Source of the DNA: Candidatus Poribacteria bacterium | GTDB taxonomy: Bacteria > Poribacteria > WGA-4E > PCPOR2b | Assembly (NCBI GenBank): GCA_965198175.1 | Contig: OZ240245.1 | Span: forward strand, 3,744,001-3,808,000 | Direction of reading: 5' to 3' | DNA: 64,000 nt | Part shown: one piece after another, positions 9,007 to 18,510 of the stretch | How the letters are laid out: each line of letters opens with the position of its first letter | Position numbering within the stretch: position 1 is the first letter of the stretch | Notes under the pieces: generated by a model | What the model saw: the letters and a program-made list of their open reading frames with translations, nothing else | Database searches by the model: none | What the model was told of the DNA's origin: nothing | Translations under genes and position numbers: made by a program

Positions 9007-10527
9007 CTAACGCAGAAAAACGAAGGTCACAACCACAAAGAGGGGAAACAAAATAGCCACCGACCAGAGCATGTATCCGAAAAAGCTCGGCATCTTAACT
9101 CCGCTGCCTTCCGCAATCGACTTCACCATAAAATTCGGTGCATTCCCAATATATGTGTTTGCTCCCATAAAAACAGCGCCAATGGATATCGCAGTCAGGA
9201 TCTTGACGAACTCAAGATGGTGCGTTTCTGTTAGTGGCCCTGCTAGAATTTCCGGAACGAGATTTTCAGTCAATTGAAGTTTTCCAAGCGCTGTATTGAA
9301 GAAAGTCAAATAGGTCGGCGCGTTGTCTAAAAAACTAGAGAGTATCCCTGTCACCCAAAAATAGTGAAACGGTTCCTTAACTGCCCGAATCAAACCGCTT
9401 AATGCACCTTGTTCACCGGCTTTAAGAATCGCTAGCGCGGGGACAATGGTCATGAAAATCCCAGCGAACAGCTTGGCAACTTCGGCGATTGGTTCCCATT
9501 CAAAGTAATTCTCACGGCGCAGCGCGCCTTCAAATGGCGCGAACTTCAATGATAACAGCCCCATTGCGACAATAAGTAGATCGCGCAGCACATTCTGCCA
9601 CTTCACATGGACACCCAGGACATTTATCGCACCCAACTCGAAGGTGCCGCTCATCAAGACTGCACCAACAATTCCGGCGAGGAAAATCAGGTTAAACAGT
9701 CCAGCGACGCGAATCGGCTCTTTCTCCCCATCATCAGGGACCTGTCCACCCTCGCGTTTGAATAGAACAGTGTCCAAAATGAAAAACAGACCCAGTAGCA
9801 GGACGCTGATGAACAACATATGCGGAAAAAGCGCCCCCGTTGTCCAAAAAAATGGGACACCGTGTAGAAAACCCAAAAACAGGGGTGGGTCGCCCAATGG
9901 CGTCAACGAGCCTCCGATGTTGCTAACCAAAAAGATGAAAAAGATAATCAGATGCGTCTTGTTTTTGCGATAGGCGTTGGCGCGAATCAGTGGACGAATC
10001 AGCAGCATTGACGCCCCAGTCGTTCCGATCCACGAAGCGATTGCCGTCCCAATCAGTAGCAAAACAAGGTTGACAATTGGAGTGCCGCGGAGCGTGCCGC
10101 GCATGACAATTCCGCCCGCAACCGTGAACAATCCCCAGAGTAGGATAATGAACGGGATATAGTCAATCAGATAGATGTGGAGAATATCATAAAACGCGCG
10201 CCCATGAAAAATCGCAATGTATGGTACCGCGAAACTCAATGCCCATGCAAACGAGATTTTGCCATAATGGTGATGCCAGAATGCCGGTGCCACGAGCTGC
10301 CAAAACGCAATTGACAGCAGAATGCCGACAAATGGAATCACGCTCCAGACTGGCAAGACTGCCCCGTCAACACCGTGGTGCTCCCCATGATGCGCGTCAT
10401 CTGTGCCGTGGAATTCACCGCTGTGAGCCTTATCGTGTTCTACTTCCGCAGCAAATCCAATCGGAGAAAACAGAAGCAACAAAGTACCAAGAGTAATCCA
10501 AGAAAGAAACCCGTGCTTAATTTTCAC
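9007..10527 (-). CDS. IT-superfamily putative sodium:proton antiporter
   Basis: Multi-TM protein with NIGGSLTPLGDPP, SSFLDNAPTY and GANTYIGNAPN motifs; His-rich N-terminus after a signal-like peptide. Confidence 0.8.
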   Translation of the reverse strand: MKIKHGFLSWITLGTLLLLFSPIGFAAEVEHDKAHSGEFHGTDDAHHGEHHGVDGAVLPVWSVIPFVGILLSIAFWQLVAPAFWHHHYGKISFAWALSFAVPYIAIFHGRAFYDILHIYLIDYIPFIILLWGLFTVAGGIVMRGTLRGTPIVNLVLLLIGTAIASWIGTTGASMLLIRPLIRANAYRKNKTHLIIFFIFLVSNIGGSLTPLGDPPLFLGFLHGVPFFWTTGALFPHMLFISVLLLGLFFILDTVLFKREGGQVPDDGEKEPIRVAGLFNLIFLAGIVGAVLMSGTFELGAINVLGVHVKWQNVLRDLLIVAMGLLSLKFAPFEGALRRENYFEWEPIAEVAKLFAGIFMTIVPALAILKAGEQGALSGLIRAVKEPFHYFWVTGILSSFLDNAPTYLTFFNTALGKLQLTENLVPEILAGPLTETHHLEFVKILTAISIGAVFMGANTYIGNAPNFMVKSIAEGSGVKMPSFFGYMLWSVAILFPLFVVVTFVFLR

Positions 10528-10662
10528 CAGTATTTGCGCACCTTATCGCCGTCTGTCAAAGTTTATGCAACAATCTGCGGCGGATTCGAATGGGAGAGGG
10601 ACAGATATCAATCAATTGAGACGTTCACAAGTTTACTTCCAAATAAACAGAAGGCAAATTAC

Positions 10663-10690
10663 TGAGTTTGTGAAATTTTTCACAAACTCA
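10663..10690. promoter_or_regulatory. 28-bp palindrome containing a Rex-type operator TTGTGAA-N4-TTCACAA (10668-10685)
   Basis: TGAGTTTGTGAAA-TT-TTTCACAAACTCA; the core matches the Rex consensus. Confidence 0.65.
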
Positions 10691-10779
10691 AGCCAAAAAA
10701 GAATAGGGCTCTTCCTTAGCTAGCCCACTTCTGTTGGTTCACGCCCATAGCAATCCGGAAAATTTCCATAAACCGCGAT

Positions 10780-10808
10780 ATTGTCTCATATTTTCAAAAC
10801 CGTGTCAA
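10780..10808 (-). promoter_or_regulatory. Putative sigma70 promoter for the antiporter
   Basis: Minus strand TTGACA-17 nt-GACAAT. Confidence 0.45.
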
Positions 10809-11198
10809 GTTTTTTTTTCGACGCGAATGCTGATAGTCGAAGTCTTGCTTAAAGCGTTGCGCGTTTTGGCTCTCGTGGTATACTACCACCACAATATACG
10901 CTTACTTGACGGCGACTTTTCGATGTAAATCAACTTATGACGACGGGAATTATTGATTCACGCCGGATTTTTCCATTTCTTTCTGGCGCTCGCGCGCTTT
11001 TCGCAAGAGCTGTTTTTTCATTGCCTGGAGCTGCTTTCTGCGATTTAAACTCTGGGCCATGTCTTCAGCGAAAGTTTTGGGGATGCGCTTTGTTTTCATT
11101 TCTGACAATTACCTTTTATTATAATCAGGTTATTTTAAGTATGAACGGAGTATAGGTTAAAACGAGAATTGGATTAGGTTTGGTTTCATGCAATTCCC

Positions 11199-11297
11199 TG
11201 TGCGTTAACGCACACGTTGGGCAACTTCGGCGAAGTTCATCTGCTATTGACTCAAGGTATTATTCTTTGGTATACTTTATTTGGTATACTTTATAAT
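11199..11297 (+). promoter_or_regulatory. cstA promoter region with a palindrome and a tandem duplication
   Basis: Perfect palindrome TGTGCGTTAACGCACA (11199-11214); TTGACT-18-TATACT (11247-11276); TTTGGTATACTTTA twice (11266-11293). Confidence 0.55.
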
Positions 11298-11418
11298 GTT
11301 GTATGCGGCTGGCACGTATTCCATTTCGTTTCTAGCTTGTTCGTCCTTCTTAAACTTCATTTGAGTAGAAAAAGAAGCCAGTAATTGCGTCAACTCTTCA
11401 CTAGGAGGCTCTGCTTCT

Positions 11419-13107
11419 ATGAACGCTGCAGTAATTGCTGTTGTGGTGTTAGTTCTTTATTTTTTGGGATACCGCTACTATTCCAAATTTCTCTCTGAGA
11501 AGATATTTCGACTTTCTGACGATGAAACGACACCGTCGCATGAACTCGAAGATGGCGTCGATTATGTTCCCACCAACAAGCACGTTTTGTTCGGACACCA
11601 CTTTTCGTCTATTGCTGGCGCTGCGCCTATCATTGGGCCCGCGATTGCTGTGTTTTGGGGCTGGGTGCCAGCGATTCTCTGGGTTGTGCTTGGGACAATT
11701 TTCATGGGCGCGGTGCACGACTTTAGCGCACTTGTTGTTTCTGCGAGGCGGAAGGGGCGATCGGTCGGCGATCTCGCCGGGTCACTTGTGAATTCCCGCG
11801 CAAGAACGCTATTTCTGGTGATCGTCTACTTTTTGATTTTTTTCGTTCTAGCTGTATTCGCCTATGCGATTGCCAGCTTGTTTGTTAAGTATCCGACAAG
11901 TGTTCTGCCCATCAATTTCGAGATTCTCATTGCACTTGCCATCGGTTTTCTGCTATACAGGAAGGGGATTCCCCTGCTCTGGCCGTCCATTATCGCGTTG
12001 TTCCTGCTTTATGTTATGGTCTGGGTTGGAACCCGTGTCCCAATTCCGGTGCCCGAAATTATGGGAAGCCAAAAGGTGACATGGATTATATTCCTACTCG
12101 CATATTCTTTCATTGCTTCGGTTCTGCCCGTATGGCTGTTGCTGCAGCCGCGTGATTACATTAACTCTCACCAACTTTTCGTCGGGTTAGGTGTGATGTT
12201 TTTAGGGCTGCTTGTCGCGCATCCGACGATGCAAGCACCTGCAATCAACCCCAATCCTATCGGCGCTGTCCCGATGTTTCCGTTCATCTTCGTGACCATC
12301 GCTTGCGGCGCAATCAGCGGTTTCCACGGGCTTGTTTCGAGCGGAACCACATCAAAGCAGTTGGACAAAATGACGCACGCGCGGCACGTCGGATACGGTG
12401 GGATGTTGGGCGAGGGAACCCTCGCAATGTTTGCGACGCTCGCTGTCGCTGCGGGAATTAGTCGCAGCGAATGGCTCACCCATTATCACGATTGGCATGC
12501 GGCAAGCAGCGGCGGCATCACCAATTTTGTGCTAGGCGCTTCGACCTTTTTGCAAGCGCTTAGAATTCCAGAGCTGTTGGCAAATACCTTTATCAGCGTC
12601 ATCGTCATCAGCTTCGCCGCAACCTCGCTAGATACAGGCACGCGAATACAGCGCCTGATTATCGGCGAACTCGGTTCAGCTTACAAGATAAAAGTATTCC
12701 AAAATCGCTACATCGGCGCAGCGCTGGCAGTGGTTCCGAGTTTGTTGCTCGCGCTGCTCGTCGAAGCGCCGAATCTCGGTCCTGGTTCCGGCGGTTTCTT
12801 ATTGTGGCCCCTCTTTGGTGCGAGCAACCAACTCGTCGGCGGACTGACGCTCCTCATCGCAACGATTTTCCTGTGGAAATCGGGAAGACCCATCATATAT
12901 ACATTGATACCGATGTTTTTCCTAATCTGCATGACTACGGGAGCAATGATTCTGAATTTTAAGGCTTTTTTCAATAACCCACTGCTGCTTGTCCTTTCTG
13001 CGATTATTTTGGCGCTCGAGATTTGGCTGATTTTGGAGGCGATCTTCGTGTTCAACAGTCAACGCAGCGGTCGTAGCGGTATCCCCCAGGAAGCGGCGAT
13101 GGATTAG
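11419..13107 (+). CDS. cstA: Carbon starvation protein A family transporter
   Basis: DGVDYVPT, FGHHFSSIAGAAPIIGP, IACGAISGFH, TSLDTGTR and WPLFGASNQL motifs; AGGAGG RBS. Confidence 0.95.
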   Translation: MNAAVIAVVVLVLYFLGYRYYSKFLSEKIFRLSDDETTPSHELEDGVDYVPTNKHVLFGHHFSSIAGAAPIIGPAIAVFWGWVPAILWVVLGTIFMGAVHDFSALVVSARRKGRSVGDLAGSLVNSRARTLFLVIVYFLIFFVLAVFAYAIASLFVKYPTSVLPINFEILIALAIGFLLYRKGIPLLWPSIIALFLLYVMVWVGTRVPIPVPEIMGSQKVTWIIFLLAYSFIASVLPVWLLLQPRDYINSHQLFVGLGVMFLGLLVAHPTMQAPAINPNPIGAVPMFPFIFVTIACGAISGFHGLVSSGTTSKQLDKMTHARHVGYGGMLGEGTLAMFATLAVAAGISRSEWLTHYHDWHAASSGGITNFVLGASTFLQALRIPELLANTFISVIVISFAATSLDTGTRIQRLIIGELGSAYKIKVFQNRYIGAALAVVPSLLLALLVEAPNLGPGSGGFLLWPLFGASNQLVGGLTLLIATIFLWKSGRPIIYTLIPMFFLICMTTGAMILNFKAFFNNPLLLVLSAIILALEIWLILEAIFVFNSQRSGRSGIPQEAAMD

Positions 13108-13200
13108 TGAATTAACTGGAAGTTTGAGAACGGCATTGATGCCAGATTAGCCGTATAGGATTAGATTGTCGATTCTTCAACCGAATCAAGGAGGTTGAAC

Positions 13201-14646
13201 ATGCAAAAGCGATGTTATATTTCTCTATTATTTTCAGTTGTACTCGTATGCAGTGCATTGGTTAGCGTCCAAATTGCCAAAGCAGATCACCCTCGCGGCG
13301 GGCTAGACAATGGCGATGAAGCCCCGGATTTCTCGCTGCCGGACACAGATAATCGGATTGTAACGTTAAGCGATCACCGCGGGAGTGAGAATGTAGTCTT
13401 AATCTTCTACCGAGGTCAGTGGTGACCGCACTGTCAACGGCAGCTCGGAGAGTTGCAACCGCACTACGCCGCCGTTCGCGCCCTCGGTGCGGAGATGTAC
13501 GGCATAAGCGTCGACTCGCCCGCCGTGTCGAAGCAGCAAATTGTCCAAAGGCTCAGAGTGACGTTTCCTATTCTATCAGATGCACGCGGGAGTGACCGTG
13601 ATATAGGCGAGACCATACAGGAATACGAGGTCTGGGATGGAATCTCCAAAATCGCCAAGCCCGCTACATTTGTTATCGATAGAGACGGAATCATCCAATG
13701 GCATGATGTTGGGGAACACATCGGTGACCGCGTGTTTTCTAATACCATTCTCGGAGTGCTTACGGACCTCAGCCAACCAACGAACACGCCGCCCGTGATT
13801 TCCGGAACCATTCCAGTTCAACGCGTCGAAGCGGGTGGGTCGCTGGTTGTCGATCTTGCCGAATACGCGTCCGACGAGCAGGACGACGTAGGCGGCCTGC
13901 AGTGGGAAGTCGCTCCGTCAGAAAACGACATTTTCACCGCTGAAATTAACCGCCATCAACTCACAATTCAGCCGTTACCGGGCGCGTATGGCAGCGCAAG
14001 AATCAGATTGAGTCTCTTCGATTCCGAGAGAGAATCGGATTCACAATCGCTTCTAGTGAGGGTCATCCCCGCACCGAACACGCAGATTGAATTTAATTTG
14101 ACCGTTCCCGAAGGATTAAGCATGTTCCACCTTCCGGTTAGGGTGAACAGCGTCAACGGCGCACCGCAAACCATACTGCGGCTTAGCGATCTGTTTGACG
14201 TGCTCGGCGGCTCGGCGAACGTCCACTGGCTCGTAACGGGGTCCGCTGACGCGCCCGGCGGCGAAAATGAGTTGAAACCGTTCTTCGGCGGCACTAACGA
14301 TTCAATCATTGAAGCCGAAACGGGCATCTTCGCCGCGCTCAAAGAACCTAGAACGCTGCATCTCGTCGGGGCACTGCTCGACGCGCCGCTTTACCTCAAT
14401 CCGGGCTGGAACATCGTCGGGGTTCCGCACTACGACAGCGGCATTGGTCGGATCAGCGACCTCGCTTGGACAAGCCAGATACTGAACAACGCGTCCCGGA
14501 TTGCCGTCCTCGAGGATGGGAAATTTATCGCGAATCCGCCAAGCGAGATTTTTCGAGGCATTCCGTCCGATCGGCCGATACAAACGGGGCAAGCGATCTT
14601 GATAGAAATGACGCGAGCCGTAACGATAACGTTGCCGTTGGAATAA
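13201..14646 (+). CDS. Secreted AhpC/TSA (peroxiredoxin-like) selenoprotein with UxxC motif, fused to an Ig-like and a C-terminal domain (481 aa with Sec)
   Basis: Track ORFs 13195-13425 and 13453-14646 share a frame and are separated only by TGA 13423-13425. Read-through gives FYRGQW-U-PHCQRQLGEL. GGAGG RBS 6 nt before ATG 13201. Confidence 0.9.
13440..13456 (+). promoter_or_regulatory. Putative bacterial SECIS hairpin
   Basis: GCAGCTC-GGA-GAGTTGC stem-loop beginning 14 nt after the TGA, with a G-initiated loop. Confidence 0.65.
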
Positions 14647-14689
14647 ATTCTTGCCAGCAATCCCGGCTTTGAATTGGGTATAGCCGCTG

Positions 14690-15748
14690 ATGAACCCATC
14701 CAAAATCTCAAGCGTCATTCAAAAGGGCATATCAGAGCGGGTCTTCCCCGGTGCGGTAGTTTACATTGTCGAAGGAGGAAATCTAACTTATTTTGAAGCG
14801 TCCGGGCATCGGATGATCGAGCCCGCAATCAAATTGATGCAGCGTGACACGATCTTTGATCTCGCTTCGCTAACAAAACCCATCGTCATTCCGACGCTCA
14901 TCATGCATCTTGCTGAATCTAGCGATTTGGATTTGCACGCCCCAATTCAATACCACCTGCCAGAATTTGCGCATCGGGAAGTGACGATTCTCCACCTGCT
15001 GACCCATACCTCCGGACTGCCGGCGTGGCGGGCGCTATATCTGGAAACCGGATCAAACGATCAGGTCGTTAGTCTTCTAGGTCAGATGTCATTAGAAAAT
15101 CCTCCGGGCGAGCATGTTGAATACAGTTGCCTTGGGTATATCTTGCTAGGTAAGTTTATTGAGCGTATCACAGGAAGTCCAATTGACCGCCTGGCTGAAG
15201 AACAGATTTTTCAGCCGCTGGATATGCCTAAAACGCGGTATAATCCGCCGGGAGCGTGGACGGATACTTGTGCGGCTACGGAAGATTCCAGCAGCTTCGA
15301 AAAACGGATGGTCAACTATCAGCGGCACGATTGGCGGGAGGGGGTCATCGTCGGTGTGGTGCACGACGAAAATGCCCATTTTCTTGGAGGAATATCGGGA
15401 AATTCGGGGCTGTTTTCAACGGCGGCGGATGTAGGGAAGTTTTGCCAAATGCTAATTGACGGCGGAGATGGTGTGTTGACTGGGAAGAGCATTCTGCAGA
15501 TGGCAACCGTTCATACGAAAGGGTTAAACGAATCGCGCAGCATAGGTTGGATAATCTTGGAGGACGGCTCGCTCTACCACACCGGATTTACCGGAACTTC
15601 GATTCGAGTCAATCTTGAAAAAAACTCCTTTGTTATCCTGTTGACGAATCGCGTTCATCCCAGCGCATTCGGTCCGAGCATGGTTGATTTTCGAGCCAAA
15701 TTCCATCAAAAATTTTTACCGATAGATTTTGAAGGGTTGCGAAAATGA
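14690..15748 (+). CDS. Serine hydrolase, beta-lactamase class C fold (possibly AmiE-like muropeptide amidase)
   Basis: FDLASLTK (SxxK), LLTHTSGL, YS, HTGFTGT, LTNRVHP; no signal peptide; namZ and anmK nearby. Confidence 0.85.
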   Translation: MNPSKISSVIQKGISERVFPGAVVYIVEGGNLTYFEASGHRMIEPAIKLMQRDTIFDLASLTKPIVIPTLIMHLAESSDLDLHAPIQYHLPEFAHREVTILHLLTHTSGLPAWRALYLETGSNDQVVSLLGQMSLENPPGEHVEYSCLGYILLGKFIERITGSPIDRLAEEQIFQPLDMPKTRYNPPGAWTDTCAATEDSSSFEKRMVNYQRHDWREGVIVGVVHDENAHFLGGISGNSGLFSTAADVGKFCQMLIDGGDGVLTGKSILQMATVHTKGLNESRSIGWIILEDGSLYHTGFTGTSIRVNLEKNSFVILLTNRVHPSAFGPSMVDFRAKFHQKFLPIDFEGLRK

Positions 15749-15963
15749 AAGGTAAAAGCGAGGATCGTGTTGCCACCGCCGATCCAGTAATAGCGCAGGT
15801 TTGAGCGCATTCTTGGTTAGCGTCATTGATGCATTTTTCGCCCTAGTTCAGTCCTGAATACCCCCAAATTATCGTTTTAATCGGTTATTTCGAACGCGCC
15901 CGGAATGCTAATTCAACAACGCGCGAATCGCCAGATTCTTGCTCATTTATAGGAGAATTCACT

Positions 15964-18243
15964 ATGTTTTCAAAGACTACACAACAAGCCGGAGCCAAAC
16001 TCGGCAGCACCGCTGCGGAGTCCCAATCGGGGCACGGTTTCGGCACGGCACCTGTCTTCCTTGCCTCGGTGAGCACCATTCTCGGCGCAATTCTCTTCTT
16101 GCGGTTCGGTTATGCTGTCGGACACGTCGGGCTTGGGCTCACCCTCGTAATTATCGCTCTCGGACATTTAGTTACCATTCCCACGGTACTCGCAGTATCC
16201 GAGATTGCAACGAACCGGCGAGTCGCAGGCGGCGGCGCATACTTCATCGTTAGCCGCTCTTTCGGCATGAGCATCGGGGGATCGATTGGGATTGCCCTGT
16301 ATCTTTCTCAAGGGATTTCGGTCGCTTTCTACATGGTCGCGTTCGCGGAAGCCTTTGACCCTATCTATAAGTTGGTAGCGGCAAAGATTGAATTGATAGA
16401 GAGTCCCCCCGACCCTCGCTGGGTTAGTCTTCCCTGCACCGGTCTCCTCATCGCACTTATGTTGACAAGAGGAGCTAATTTGGGCGTGCGTGCTTTATGG
16501 GGCGTCTGTTGCCTCCTAGCGGCAGCAATCACCGTGTTTCTCCTAGGTGAAGCGCCCGAGGGTACAGGGCAGGCGGGACTGAACGTCACGGCACGTATTG
16601 AGAACAACGACGGCTTCGGCACGGTTTTCGCCACGTGTTTTCCCGCATTCACGGGAATGATTGCTGGCTTGGGGCTATCTGGCGACCTGAAAAACCCTCA
16701 ACGAAGCATACCGATCGGCACGATTGGCGCAACGTTCGCGGGAATGGTCATCTACACGCTCGTCGCTATCAAGCTCGCGCTCAGTGCGAATCCTGAAGCT
16801 CTTGCCGCCGACCAGTTCATCATGGCTAAGATAGCGATGTGGCAGCCGGCGATCTACATTGGGTTGGGCGCCGCCGCGCTGTCCTCAGCACTCGGCTCGA
16901 TCATGGTCGCTCCGAGAACATTGCAGGCACTTGCGCGTGACAACGTACTGCCCATTCCCAAGCTGAACCGGCTGATGGAAAAGGGCTTGGGAAAAACTCA
17001 GGAACCATTTTATGCGACTTGTGTGTCGGGCGCAATCGCGATCGTGTTTGTGGTGTTAGGCGGTGTGAACTCCATCGCCCGAATCCTTACCATGTTCTAC
17101 ATGGTGACGTACGGCGCCCTCTGCGCCGTGTCGTTCCTCGAATACTTCTCGGGCAACCCGTCCTATCGCCCCACATTCCACACTCGCTGGTACCTGTCCC
17201 TGCTCGGTGCGGTTATGTGCGGGCTGATGATGATTGAGATGAACATTCTTTACACGTTTCTCGCACTTCTTCTCATGGTAGTAACATATCTCGGACTCCG
17301 CCGTAGTCACCACGGGCAGCGCGACTTGACTGCAATCTTCCAAGGGACGATGTTCCAGCTAACGCGTCGGTTGCAAATATTCCTGCAGAAGAGCCGCATC
17401 ATCTCCTCCGAAGACGGATGGCGCCCATCAATTGTCGCTGTAACTCGCTTCGGGGAGCGTCGGCTTGGGCATTTCGACCTGCTGCGATGGATCTGCCATC
17501 GGCACGGGTTCGGCCAGTTCATCCAGTTTTCCGAGGGCGACTATTCATTCTCAAGCGAGGTTGCCGCGCGCCTCCGTGTCGACGGGTTGATTCAACGAAC
17601 TGAGATCAGTAGAGCTGGTATCTTTGTCGATTCGCTGATTTGCCCGACGTTTCAGCTTGCGCTGGCTCAAACCTTGCAAATGCCCGGTGTCTCTGGTTTG
17701 CCGAACAACTGCATTTTACTAGAGTTCGATCAGGGCAACCCCGACGAGATTAAAGAGGTTGAACAGGGCGCTCGCCTCGCGGCGAACTCGATGTTCAACG
17801 TCCTCATTTTACGATCGACGAGGTACCGTTTCGGCTACCGGTCATCGATTCATGTCTGGGTTACAGAGGAGACCTTGGCGAACGCGCCGATGATGCTAAT
17901 GTTTGCATATATCATCGTCGGGCACCCAGAGTGGAAAGGTGCCGAGATCGAGTTTTTTGGCTGCTTCGACTCCACCGAAGCGGGGCGCGAGGTGAACAAA
18001 CTCTCAACACTCATGACGGAAGGGCGACTGCCAATCTCGACGCATAACGTGACATCCGTATCTTGCAGCATGGACGAGCTGGAGCAAGAGGTGTTCCACC
18101 GATCCTCACAGGCTGACCTGGTTATCGCCGGCTTAAAAGCAGACAGCCTCGAACCGCGTGCAGTGGCTGATGCACTGCGGAATTACGAGCGGGCGAACGA
18201 GGTTCTGTTGGTTCATTCGAGCGAGCAGATTTCAATCCGATAG
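15964..18243 (+). CDS. SLC12/cation-chloride cotransporter-like APC permease
   Basis: ILGAILFLR, GGGAYFIVSRSFG, FPAFTG..AG...SGDLKNP..SIP.GT, and a cytosolic C-terminal domain starting WRP. Confidence 0.88.
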   Translation: MFSKTTQQAGAKLGSTAAESQSGHGFGTAPVFLASVSTILGAILFLRFGYAVGHVGLGLTLVIIALGHLVTIPTVLAVSEIATNRRVAGGGAYFIVSRSFGMSIGGSIGIALYLSQGISVAFYMVAFAEAFDPIYKLVAAKIELIESPPDPRWVSLPCTGLLIALMLTRGANLGVRALWGVCCLLAAAITVFLLGEAPEGTGQAGLNVTARIENNDGFGTVFATCFPAFTGMIAGLGLSGDLKNPQRSIPIGTIGATFAGMVIYTLVAIKLALSANPEALAADQFIMAKIAMWQPAIYIGLGAAALSSALGSIMVAPRTLQALARDNVLPIPKLNRLMEKGLGKTQEPFYATCVSGAIAIVFVVLGGVNSIARILTMFYMVTYGALCAVSFLEYFSGNPSYRPTFHTRWYLSLLGAVMCGLMMIEMNILYTFLALLLMVVTYLGLRRSHHGQRDLTAIFQGTMFQLTRRLQIFLQKSRIISSEDGWRPSIVAVTRFGERRLGHFDLLRWICHRHGFGQFIQFSEGDYSFSSEVAARLRVDGLIQRTEISRAGIFVDSLICPTFQLALAQTLQMPGVSGLPNNCILLEFDQGNPDEIKEVEQGARLAANSMFNVLILRSTRYRFGYRSSIHVWVTEETLANAPMMLMFAYIIVGHPEWKGAEIEFFGCFDSTEAGREVNKLSTLMTEGRLPISTHNVTSVSCSMDELEQEVFHRSSQADLVIAGLKADSLEPRAVADALRNYERANEVLLVHSSEQISIR

Positions 18244-18510
18244 TTCTGAATTGTGCACCAAGTCTTAACGCTAGGAGATGCCACATTTACTATTCAAGTT
18301 TTTCATTGTGGGATTTAGCAAACGACATTTCTGCTTTATTCAAAGGGTTCATCTGAATTCGGTACGTCATTATCACCTTACCGTGGCGTAACATTAACAG
18401 ATTGCCTATTTCTCATTTACATACTAACAAATCATAACGATCCACCCAAGCAATACATTTTGGATAAGAGCGTGATATCTTACCCCAGTGTCTATCTTTG
18501 AAACGTGTTT

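Noticed and set aside
14690..15748. Antibiotic-resistance beta-lactamase
   Set aside because: No signal peptide; the motifs and the namZ/anmK context favour an esterase or amidase.
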